Shown here: piece after piece, positions 52,900 to 64,000 of the stretch
Numbering within the stretch: the stretch's first letter is position 1
Layout of the letters: the number at the start of each line of letters is the position of its first letter
From: the human T2T-CHM13v2.0 reference genome, Homo sapiens
Direction: 5' to 3' (one strand)
DNA: 64,000 bases
NCBI RefSeq assembly: GCF_009914755.1
Contig: NC_060929.1
The notes under the pieces: model-generated
Told to the model about the DNA's origin: nothing
Seen by the model: the letters and a program-made list of their open reading frames with translations, nothing else
Database searches by the model: none
Translations under genes and position numbers: made by a program

Positions 52900-53055
52900 C
52901 CTTGATTGAGTTTCTGAACTTCTCTGAGCCTATCAGTCAAATTTGACAAGTTACTACATGGTAATATCAAGTAGGTACACGGTACAGAGGCAGTGTAAGA
53001 ATTAAGAGGATGGATCGAGGTACTGGCACAAAGTAGGCATTCAAATGTTAGCTCC
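52900..53055 (+). mobile_element. MIR
   Basis: actgtgcgaccttg...tctctgagcc...ggcacaaagtaggcattcaaatgttagc. Confidence 0.65.
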
Positions 53056-53279
53056 TTTCCTCCACTAATCACTTGTCTACACAACATTCCTTATGTTATG
53101 TTATGTCATGTTATGTTACTCTGTGGGGAGGTCTAGTGAATGATGGTTAAGAGTTGGTGCTCGCAGTGAGTAAGGCTGGAATTCCGGCTCCCCGCTTTTC
53201 CAGCAGTGTGAACGGGGGTGAGTTGCTTAGTTTCTGTAACCCTCAGTATCTTCCTTTGTAAGAGTAGAGGTCACCTTAG

Positions 53280-53553
<274 letters not shown>

Positions 53554-56500
53554 AGCACTAATCTTCAACAATTGTTGAGAGGATAAGATAATGTGTACAG
53601 AACTGTGCTTAGAACAGTGACTGGCACATAGTTATATATGAAAGCTACTAAGATAATGATTGTATGTAAGCATGGAATGCTTCAGTTGTCATGCATGCAG
53701 AGGCTGTTCCAGGTCCTTTGTTAGGTGCCAAGGACACAAAGAACCAAGGAGCCACAGTTTGGGGCTGTGAGGATCATCCAGTCTAGTTGTGGAGACAGAA
53801 AGTTAGGCAAATGTTTTTTTCATCTTGCAACAGGTGAATGATGACAGCTGCAGGCCAGGCCAGAGCACACAGGAGAGTGTGCAGCGGTGGGAGGCAGGGA
53901 GGCAATGGAGGGACCGGGTGGGAATGACGGTCCAAGCAAGGCCGGTGCAGAGGCGCAGCCTGGGAGGCTGGAGTGAGCAAAGCAAGTCGCAGGCATTGGT
54001 GGCTGGGAACACAGTTGGAGACCCTGGAGCCCATCCAGAGCTGAGGCAGAAGAGGCAAGGGTGAAGGTGAACTGGATTATCAACTTCAACCAGCAACCAC
54101 TTTTGTCTATATCCTGAGCCCCTACAGCAGTGCCTGGCACTTGGAAAACAATAAATAATTGGTTGACTAAAGGAAAGTGAAAGAAGAGGTTACAATGGAC
54201 GCAAGAAGAGATAATGACCCCAGTAACACCTCTGAGGGAGCCAGAGAGGGGAGGCCCTGAGCGATGGGTGGAGGTGGTGCCCAGCCTCCCCTCTGACAGG
54301 AGGCGGGAGATGAGGGTATGTGGGAAACACACTTGTGGGGCAGTGGTGAGGGTGGGGGAGGAGGAGCTGATGAGGGCCTGCCTCAGGCCTTGGCGAGCTG
54401 GGAGGTGGAGCCACCGCCCTGCTGGGGATGAAGGATAGCGATGGAGGAGAGCGCCCTGGGGGAACGCCTCCATTTTGAGTTGGCGGTGACAAGGAATGGG
54501 AAGAGAGCTCCCAGGGACTGGAGGCATGACTGAAGGGCCAGAACAGGTGGACGCTGGAGTTGGGAAGGGCACCATGGGCGCCACGGTGGCACTTTTCTCT
54601 CGCATACCTCACCTGCCTGGTGTGGGCGCAGGGAAGGGGACTGGGGGTCCATCAGAGCTTACTGTGGCACCGGGCCAGCGTGAAGGAGCAAAGCAACAGG
54701 CCACGGGGCCTCTACTGGGGAGAGAAAAGCAGAGAGAAAGGACCCAGCCACTTCCGAGAGGAAGGAGGTCAGGAGGCTAGGAGGCTGAGGCCAGAAGAGC
54801 AATAGTGGGGGTTCTATTTCCTCTCACAGATGGAGGTTTCTTGCCTTTGCTGGAATTCTTCCCCTACCACCATCTCTGTATGTACAATTTTCTCATCCTT
54901 CAAGGCTTCACTCAAATGTCATTTGAACTTCTCAGAGGTAAAATTGCTCCCTCTGTTGAACTCCTATCTTCCTTGGGGCTGTAATTATTTGCCCATGTCA
55001 TTCTCATCTTTCTCATGTACGCTCCTGAGGACCACCTCAGGTTTCAACTCCACTGCCCCCACGGACGCTGCTGAACTGCTTCTTGTGCAGGGCAGGTAAA
55101 CATTTGTGACATGAAACCATCACTTCTAACAGAATCAATTCTATGTCTGATTGATGTTCCCTTAGAATTAAAAAAATAATTCTATCTGTGGATTCTCGTT
55201 CTGTAGAAAGGCAATGTTGCATGAGAGAAAGCATATACATTTTGAATCAGGGAAACGTGGCTTTCCTTATTGGGATAATGCATTGATGTCCTAGTGACCA
55301 GAAATGGTATGTAAATTAGCAAGGCATGCACTTGCGCATATCATAACAGATCACAAAAAGACACCCCTTGCTTTGGGATGCTACAGACGCCACAAAGACA
55401 AAGAATTTGCATGTGGATTTCAGTCCTCACGTGCCTTGCAGCCAGACACCTTTTTGCAGAGCACATCTGTAAATTGTGGCCTCCGTAAAATACCTGGCAT
55501 ACAGTAGGTATTAAATAAAAGTAGCAATTATATTTATAGTTATTATTAGTACATCATTATTATTATTATATACAGCACCCACCTGGCATTGCATGCAGAC
55601 AGATCCTTGGATTAACATTCCTCTGCAGTTGAAGTTTTTCTATTTTAAAGATTTAAATCATAGGCACATAGTAGCACAGTCTGTCTTGAAGAAGAAAAAT
55701 GAAAGGCTGTAGTAAATGATGCTATTAGAATTATACTTTCCTCATTACAGAAGTAATATGACCCTGCTTTGGGGCTCCAAGCTCTCACTGATGCTGAAAT
55801 TTAAAATACAGGGTCTAGACCAGAACCCCAGAGTAAAAGGAGTGATTGTAAGAAGTCATATAAATGGATTTGATCTCTTGTTAGTGGTCCGTATTCTCTT
55901 GGTAGGGCTAGAGAAGTCAACTTATTATCAATAAAAAAGAATAAACACTTTATAGGAAGCTATTTTCTCTGTCACAAAATGTTTTATATGCCTGTCAATA
56001 ATTGTAACTGTTAAATATGACATATTGATGAATATAGTGGGACAAAAGGATGCTTTTTTCTGATTAGGGTGGAAAGATTTTAGTCTTTATTTTATGGATG
56101 GAAGTAATCCAACTCACAAACTTCAGCTATCTATAATCTTCTATGGGAAGGCAATAAAAGAAAAAGAAGAAAAAGAAAATTCTGAAAGGAGCTCTTTCAG
56201 CTAAGAGCCCAAGCCTGTGGAACTTGCCCTTCTCACAACTGGCTCCTACGGCTGCCTGGTGGACCTCAGAACCATTGCAGCCCTTGGTTCTTTGTCAGAC
56301 CTGCGGGTAGGGTACACATAGTGACTGTACGGTTGAGGGGCCCATCCTCCTGGGCACCGGCATTTGTCTCTTACTCACTCATGGAGATAAACTTGGCTGT
56401 CTACTTGACCAGAAGTAGCAGTTGGAATGTCTATGGGTGAGAACAGAGAAAGCCAGAGACTCCTGCATTTGATTGTTAGAAAGACAATCAAATGGTTCTC

Positions 56501-56599
56501 TCTACAGAAACATTGTAAGAACAGTGCAACAAACAACCATTGATCCTTCTGGTGGATCCACTGGCTGTTACTATTTTGCCACATTCATTTTCTCTCTCT

Positions 56600-57150
56600 G
56601 TAAATGTCCCTATACACATACATATATACATTTTTATTATTTTTGCTAAGCCATTTGAGAATAAGTTGCAGACATCACGACCTTTACTCCCAAATACTCA
56701 GCATGTATCTCCTAAGAACAAGGGTGTTCTCTTAGAAAATCACAATGCAATCATTGAGTTCTTGACATTGTATATGGATGCAATACTATGATCTATCTTG
56801 CAGTCCTCTTCAGTCTCCTTTAATCTAGAACAGTTCCCCAGTCTGGCTTTGTTTTTGGCAACATTGACATTTCTGAAGGGTAGAGATGTTGTTTTGTAGA
56901 AGCCTTTTCAGGTTGGGTTTGCCTGGTATTTCCTCACGATTTGATTCAGGTTGTGCATGTTTTGGCAGGAATATCACAGAAGTGCTATTTTATCCTCTTC
57001 ACTACATCATATTAGGAAGCACGTGATGTCAGTTTGTCCCATTAGTGGTGATATTAAGTTTGATCTTATGGTTTAAGTGGTATTTACCAGATTGCTTCAC
57101 TGCAATGCACCCGGTCCCCCTTTGGAATTAATGAATAATTTGCAGGGAGA
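56600..57150 (-). mobile_element. L1MC-type 3' UTR fragment
   Basis: ccatttgagaataagttgcagacatca...tcagcatgtatctcctaagaacaaggg...ttcaggttgtgcatgttttggcaggaatatcaca. Confidence 0.75.
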
Positions 57151-57743
57151 CAGCAAATGGGTTTTAAACTAAAAACACTTTCACAGTTGAATAGTGTTGA
57201 TCACACTTTAGAAACTCAAGCCCAATGCTGCTGTTGGCAAGAGGAAGTTATAAAAATAAAAGTCTTCTCCCTCTTCAAAACTAGAAAAAGAAAAGTACTT
57301 TCAGGAGAAGGAAAAAGCTTTTCCCTTTTTAAATTTGGAAGTCAGAAAACACAGAGAGGGCTATGGGTAAAAACAGGCGAAAAAATGAGAACTGAATTAA
57401 AATACTTCTGACTTCTGGCGCTCACCCAGAGTAAATGAACAGTGTGCATGCACTCTGAGAAGATAGAAAATGCCATATATATATATTTATATTTGATGTG
57501 ATGGGTGCAGAGTGGTGGTTGCTCCCAGCCAGGTCATTTCAATAACAACAGGAGACCACAGTTACTGCTGAATGGCATCTTTCAGGCTCAAGAGCTTCCG
57601 CAGTCTCTCCACTTCCATACTGATTAGAAGTGCTTGAGATACATCATAACAGTGTCAGTGCAGTGTTTATGGGGGAAATTGTCGCTGTCTCTCGCTTGTG
57701 GAAGGTGACATAATGGGATTTCTTCCCTTTGTCCTGGTGACAG

Positions 57744-57832
57744 GATGATGAGCACTGTCTGGGCTCCAGTTCGGCGGGCTTTGCCATTCAGGCATCCGGC
57801 GCAGCTGACAAGCCCGAGGATCGATGGAGAAG
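57744..57832 (+). other. Candidate internal exon (89 nt, CpG-retaining)
   Basis: Acceptor ttttcttccctttgtcctggtgacag; consensus donor AAG|GTGAGT; 6 CpGs in 89 nt; two frames open. Confidence 0.45.
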
Positions 57833-58734
57833 GTGAGTCTTGTCACTTGGGGGGAAGAGGGAGGTTCAGCAGATGATGGGGAGCCAGTGGGTGCCCCCAA
57901 ATTCCTGTGTGAAAGAACACTTAGAAATGCTGGTCGACTGAACGAAAGTGGGCAGGGCTAGACACCAAAGTTGGGGGCAGGGAAGTGGCTCCAGTCTGTT
58001 TCCTGGGAGGTTTCTGAGGCTCTGGACCCAGAAGACTTAGGGGATTGGTACCCCAGGTGCCTTTTTCAGGGTTGGTGTCTAGGTACAGATTCAAAGCATC
58101 TTTACCCCTTGTCAATTCCTCCCCTACTCCCCAACCCCAAGTCACTGACATGATTTGTCTGTGTATTAATATTGTGTCTAGTTCCAGAAAGGTTTTAAGA
58201 AGTCTTGCTGTGATATATTATTAATTGCATTGAGCTGCACATTTCAGCTGAGACAAATTAAACAATATGTACTGGAGTGAGGGGTATGTGGAGGGAGGGA
58301 AAGAGAGAGAGAGAGAGAGATCCCTTCATTCACCTTGTCATTTTTCCCAAGTGAACTAGACCATCTCTACTAGTACCACAGGAAAAGGGATGACATAGCA
58401 GTAAAACAAACTGGAATAAAATTAGTTCACTGCGAGTGCTTAGGTCCTAGTTATTTCAGGAATTTTAAAGGATGATTTTGTGATTGCCAACCTCTGCCTT
58501 GATTATTTCGATCACGGCAGAAGCTTCTGAATGGTCTCCCTGGCTAGACTTATACTTTCTAGTCCACTTTCTAACTTGCCGCCAGAGTGAGATTTCAAGC
58601 ACAAAGACCCGGACAGATAAGTCCTCACATGAACATTTCATGACAGCCTATTACTGTCTAAAGACAAAACTCCTTGTGATGATTTGTAGTAATAATAATG
58701 CTAGCAGCATAGGACTAGCATTATTATTATGATC

Positions 58735-59270
58735 CTACATTTATTGAGCCCATGCTATGTGCCAGGTACAGTGCTAAGTGCACATATTATTTAACAAATC
58801 CCTTATAACAACCCTATGAAGTAGTTACTGTTAGGTATTCCCATTTCACATGAGAAACTGAGGCTCAGGAAGTTAAGTGACTTGCCCAAGGTCATGCAGC
58901 TAGCAGGTTGCTGAGCAATGTCTGGATAAGTTTAATTCCAGAGTCTACACTGATCTCCTGAAGTCATGCTTTGCCACCCAGAGGTCGAGTGTCTCCTGGC
59001 CTTTGCATAGAACAATGCTGATAATAGCTAATATTTAGTGGGCATTGAATATGGATGAGGCACTGTTTTTGCACTGATTTGACACTGATACACATAATCA
59101 AACCTTGCAACAACCTGGTGTTTGAGGGAAGTGCTGTTATGATCATCTTTCCATTTTACAGATGGGGAAACTAAGGCACACACTGTCCTGCAGGTGATAA
59201 GTGGCAGGCCAGGCTTCAAACCCAGGCAGTCTACAATCAGAGACTGCCCTCCTCATCATCCACCATACCT
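58735..59270 (-). mobile_element. Two tandem MIRs
   Basis: atttattgagcccatgctatgtgccagg...gagaaactgaggctcagga; ccattttacagatggggaaactaaggcac. Confidence 0.85.
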
Positions 59271-59649
59271 GGCTTCAGGTGTCCAGAGCCAGGTGTCTAC
59301 ACATGCTGGTGTCTTTCAATGGATGTCTCTGTTAACAAAAATAAAGTGACATTTGAAAACCTATAAACTGGCAGGGCCCACCAGCTGTCATCTGGTTCTG
59401 TCCCCTGAGCCAAACCAAGTTCACCCCTGGTTTTTTGAAAACAGCTAACAGGCTCTGTGGGTGTTAAGCATCCCCCGGGGACAGGGATTCTGCACCTCTC
59501 TTGGTTGCCTACCCCAGTGTTTTATCACCTCAGGATGCCACCAGCCAGATGCCTTCAAGGTCTCGCAGCTGGAAAAATGACTATGAATGAAATAAATGAA
59601 GCTTTCAGTGATGGAAGCTCCTGATGGAGCTGACAATGGGGTATTTCCC

Positions 59650-60070
59650 AGCATCTGTCTCCTGCCACGTGGAGATCATCTTTTTATCGCCCAAAGATAC
59701 TGCTACTGTTTTGTCACTGGCCACTAACCGGCTGGCCGCTCAGGTACTGGAGTCCAGAGCTGCCTCATTATTCAGTGCCGTCAATGTCACACCCCAGACT
59801 GCAATACATTATCATTCAAATGAGTCAGCCACAATGGAAGAAAAAAATATGCAAGCTGATTTTTCTCCAACGTCCTTTTCCCAGCACTCCCTAATTACAG
59901 CCGGCAGTTGATTGGGACAGTTGAACATGGAGGCTGATGGGGCCAGCCATGGTGTTGCCATCTAAGCAAAACACAAACAATACATAAACTCTCTGTATGC
60001 ATTAGGTAAGCAGGATTTTATTCACAGCTCAGTGGTGTAACAATGCTCTGAATTTATCAGTCAATGGTCT
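59650..60070. promoter_or_regulatory. Candidate enhancer or promoter (repeat-free motif cluster)
   Basis: CCACGTGG, TGAGTCA, ACAATGG, TAATTA, ATTGG, ACAAACAA; several retained CpGs. Confidence 0.4.
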
Positions 60071-60277
60071 GTTATAGCATTTCTCTTTTTGGTTCCATAT
60101 TTTTGGTTCTTTCTCTCTTTTAAAAAATCTGACACATTAGTGACCTTGGCTTATCCCTGTTTCCTGTTTGCCTTGTATTTCAAAGTGATTTCATGATGGT
60201 TTTTTTCCTATCAAATGCTCACTATTTTTCCAAGGATGAATGAGCTCCCATGCTGTATTCTCTGTGTGTTCTTTTGA

Positions 60278-60480
60278 TCATTCATTCATTCATTCATTCA
60301 TTCAGTTAATATTTATTGAACACTTACTAAGTGCTAGAACACTGTGCTGGGTGCTGGGGATATAAAACAGACATTACCCTTGCTTACACAGCTTTAAAGA
60401 CTAGTGACAGTGCTGGGTATTTAACAAACACTCAAATACACTTTTGCAAATTATGATAAGTGCACTAAAGAAAAAGAAGA
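60278..60480 (-). mobile_element. L2 3' end with (TCAT)n
   Basis: tcattcattcattc...atttattgaacacttact...gtgctgggtgctggggata. Confidence 0.8.
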
Positions 60481-60964
60481 GAATGCTCATATTCTTGCAT
60501 GCAGTCTAAGTGTATAAGAGGAATACTGGTCCTCAACACTAATAATGGACACAAAAGATACCTAGTATTCTCCAAATAATATTTTTCTTAGGGTACACTC
60601 CTTGTACCTTAAAAAAATGTATTAACTTTCAAAGTGGTCTATGTTTTTCTGAGGGAGAATTGGATTATTCATGAAGTTCTTTGACCTCCACAATAATCTC
60701 ATCAGTTTTCTCTAACCCATTTCATCAGCTTTGATTACTGCTGTGTGATGTTCTGTGTCTCATTGGTGATATTTAGAGCTTGGGGTAGTCAAGTGTTCAG
60801 CATGAGGAAGACAGCCTTCCTGTACTCTCATTTGGCAATTTTTTTCTTTTGGTTTTCCCTATGTTCCAGACACTGTCCAATTCAGCTTTCTGTCCTCATC
60901 ACCTGACACACAGAGTTCACCATCAATGAGCTCAGATAATCTTTAATACATTGTGATGAGCGCT

Positions 60965-61480
60965 ATTGTTTATTCACTAGACAAATATTTATTCAGCGTC
61001 TGCTTCATGGTCTTGCTGCGCCCTGGAGATCTAGGGGTGAAACGGGTCGAGTCTGTCCTCTCCCAGAGCTTAAGGTGCACTGAAAGGTATCGTGCAATTA
61101 CACTAAGGCAAGAAACGTGCTATGATGGGGGAGGCCAGGGGATAGAAAGGGGGCACTTGGACTTGGGGTGGGGGACCAGGGAAATGTTGGGAAGGAGATG
61201 ACACCTTAGCTAAATAAAGAGTGTGTGGCTGTGGCCAGGAATAGGGGTGAGGGGAAGAAGAGAGCAGCAGATCTGGAAGTAAGAGAGAAAACCGGATGCC
61301 TTTTAAGAATTGAAAATTCTGTGGTTGGAGAATGAGCTGTTGTAACAGATGAGGCTGAAGAGGTAGGAAGGGGTTGGGAATGACTTTCAAGGCCCTGGTA
61401 AGGGATCTGATGGTGGAAGGGAGCAGAGAGATCAGGTTTGCTTTTAAGACTGTGTCCTGGGGCTAAGCTGAAGGTGCCAA
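60965..61480 (-). mobile_element. L2 fragment
   Basis: ttattcactagacaaatatttattcag...gatcaggtttgcttttaaga. Confidence 0.7.
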
Positions 61481-61489
61481 GAGTTGTTC

Positions 61490-61722
61490 TCTGCTCACTG
61501 CAACCTCTGCTTCCCAGGCTCAAGCGATCCTCCCACCTCAGCCTCCCTAGTAGCTGGGACTACAGGCATGCACAACCACACCCAGCTAATTTTTGTGGTT
61601 TTTAGAGAGATGGGGTTTTGCCATGTTGCCCAGGCTGGTCTTGAGCTCATGAGCAGAAGCCATCTGCCTGCCTTGGCCTCCCAAAGTGCTGGGATTATAG
61701 GCGTGAGCCACTGTGCCCAGCC
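61490..61722 (-). mobile_element. AluJ lacking its 3' end
   Basis: gctcactgcaacctctgcttcccaggctcaagcgatcctccc...gagccactgtgcccagcc. Confidence 0.9.
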
Positions 61723-62779
61723 ACTTTTTCCACTTCTTACAGGAGCACATGCAGAGCTCAGCTGCTGTTTTGCTGTTTTCCTTTTAGAATCTTCAGTCTT
61801 CTGCAGCATAATTATACCGTAATTCATACAACTAGTCTCTTGTTGATGGAAAATTAGGTTGGTTCGTTTTTTACTATTATAAACCATGCCACTGGGAATC
61901 TATGGCCTCAGGGGAATTTCTAATAGTGGAATTTCTGGGTCAGAGGGGTTAAGAGACTCACCAATGTCTCCCAGCCAGTGAGTGGCAGAGCTGCTATTCC
62001 AATTCTGTTGGAAGGACTAGGTCCGTGGTCTTTCAACTCTGCTGTGCTGTGCCCTCCCAGGCTGAGCAACTGGGACCTTTGAATCTCAATGTTCTTCTCT
62101 TGTGGAGGGAGGACCAGCTGGCGGCAGGGGTTGGGAAGTCACTTGGAGAACTTCTTAAACATGCAGCTTGCTGCACCTTCGGCATCAGAATCTCTGGAGA
62201 CAAGCTTGGAAACTGGCATCTTAAATTATGTCCCTGACACTTAAGCAGCCAGTTGATCTTGATCCTGAGTCCTGTACTGAAACCACTGGCCCCTTCTCAG
62301 AGATCTCCAGCTATAAATCTCAGGATTCAGAACAGTCAGTCCAAAAACAGCACTGCCTTCTGTATCAGTTCCTCCAGAAAGTCAGAGAAGGTGGGAATGA
62401 GGACCCCTCTCCCATGGCATCCTGTGACACCATGCTGCATAAAGAAGCTCAAATGCCCAAATGTTCCCCTATCTCATGGGCCAGGAGGTAGGAAGTTATG
62501 CTGTGGGCTGCCATCCTACTCTATCCCATCCCTCTGCCCCCTGGTAAGGCAGTGTGCTCATGCCTGGGCCAAATTCTTACCTGTGATTAACAGATCAGCA
62601 GTGGGCCTATTCAATGCCATATCTAGCACACACGAAGATGCCTTTGACCAGGAAACACTTCACTACAAGTAGAAAGAGTCCCAAGAAAGAGGTATTTCCT
62701 TCCCCTCAGCCTGGGAAGCCACTGCCTGGGTTGTCCCATCCCACACTGTTTACCTCTGGATTTACAGTCTACCAGCTCC

Positions 62780-62922
62780 ATGTTGGAATCACCTGGGGCC
62801 AACTGGAAAAGTCCAGATGCTGAGCTCGCACCCAGAGATTCTGATTGAATTGGTCTGTGGGGGGGCCAGGGAAAAGTTCCCTCAAGTGACTCTAATGTTC
62901 AGCCAGCTTTGGGAACCATTGT
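62780..62922. mobile_element. MER5-family fragment
   Basis: ttggaatcacctgggg...cccagagattctgattgaattggtctg...gtgactctaatg. Confidence 0.7.
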
Positions 62923-63798
62923 GCTAGGTCTTGTGTCCCCTCTCTTGGGGCAAGGTGGGCTATAGCTTCCCTGGCTTCTGTGGGACTGGCCCAGCCTAGC
63001 ACTGATGTGGGCATGGCCATGGCCCATAGGTCGCCTCCTGGGCAGGCAGACGACAGAATGGGGTCAGCTCTGAGACTCTGGCTGCTCCCAGAGCCTATTC
63101 TGGAGGAGGTGTGTCCGTGCAGACCAGGATGGCCCCCGGCTCCCTCAGTGCCCACATTACCTGCTAACACAGCTTGCACGCAGCTTGACCTCCATACTCA
63201 CAGGCAACAACCCCTTTTCCTTTTCTGAAATTAGAAAATGTGTAACAAGCACTTGCATTTGTTCCTGTTCGCTACGGAGCAGTGTGATGCACCAGCAGTG
63301 TTGCTCATGATTTATGACTAAAAAAAGTGGTTAGGTGAAAAAGTAGATTTGTCCCCAGAGGGCTCTGTGAAGTGGCACTATTAATTTGGAAACATTAGCC
63401 ACCATGTTCTGGGCACCCCTACCTTGACTTTGTGTCATAGGTGATGACAGAAATAACAATCAATCGCTGAGTATGTGCCATCATGACCACCTCTCTCATC
63501 TCTCTAGACCTCCGTGTTTATCCATCTATAAAATAAAGAGTTGTGTTTTTTTGAGATTTTTCTGCTCTTGGTATCCTGTGCATCTCTGAAGGGTAATTAA
63601 GTCAACACTGATGATCCTTGGACTGCCCTTCTCATTGGAAGACTATTAGTCACAAATAGCATAAGAACTCAGGAAACGTTGAAGCTGAAAGTCAGAAATA
63701 CTGACTTCTACTAGAAACATACTCAATTCAACCTTTTTGCCATCCCCAGTATGCCAAACAGAGAATGTGAGGGAAGATGCCTTCAAATGTGCATTTCT

Positions 63799-64000
63799 GG
63801 CCGGGTGCGGTGGCTCACACCTGTAATCCCAGCACTTTCGGAGGACGAGGTGGGTGAATCACTTGAGGTCAGGAGTTTGAGACAAGCCTGGCCAACATGA
63901 TGAAACCCTGTCTCTACTAAAAATAGAAAAAATTAGCTGGGTGTGATGGCACGGCCTGTAATCCCGGCTACTCTGGAGACTGAGGCAGGAGAATAGCTTG
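63799..64000 (+). mobile_element. AluS running off the window end
   Basis: ggccgggtgcggtggctcacacctgtaatcccagcac...gaggtcaggagtttgagac. Confidence 0.95.

Noticed and set aside
53820-54605. Longest ORF (261 aa, - strand)
   Set aside because: Pro/Ser/Leu-rich, no recognisable domain, crosses an L2-like fragment; expected from the G-rich + strand having few antisense stops.

Overview
Primate (most likely human or great-ape) non-coding euchromatic DNA. Roughly half is recognisable interspersed repeat: Alu J/S/Y, L1 (L1MA/MB/MC/ME plus one tiny L1PA end), L2, MIR, ERVL-MaLR LTRs (THE1D, MST, MLT1), MLT2, LTR16, and DNA transposons (full-length Tigger1, MER47, MADE1, MER20, MER5, MER58, MER63). 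No credible protein-coding gene is visible; the listed ORFs are repeat-derived or chance frames. Repeat subfamily names come from remembered consensus sequences and boundaries are approximate. The most unusual structure is a local inverted duplication: arms of ~570 and ~550 bp at 23955-24527 and 25033-25583, a ~500-bp spacer, ~87% core identity by manual count, and a 62-bp perfect block. Also notable are a 74-bp dispersed duplication that replaces an Alu tail, three + strand exon-like segments with good splice sites (possible spliced lncRNA), several repeat-free clusters of transcription-factor motifs (one with a DR2 RARE-like element), and small template-switch footprints. I found no evidence of a new protein-coding system.
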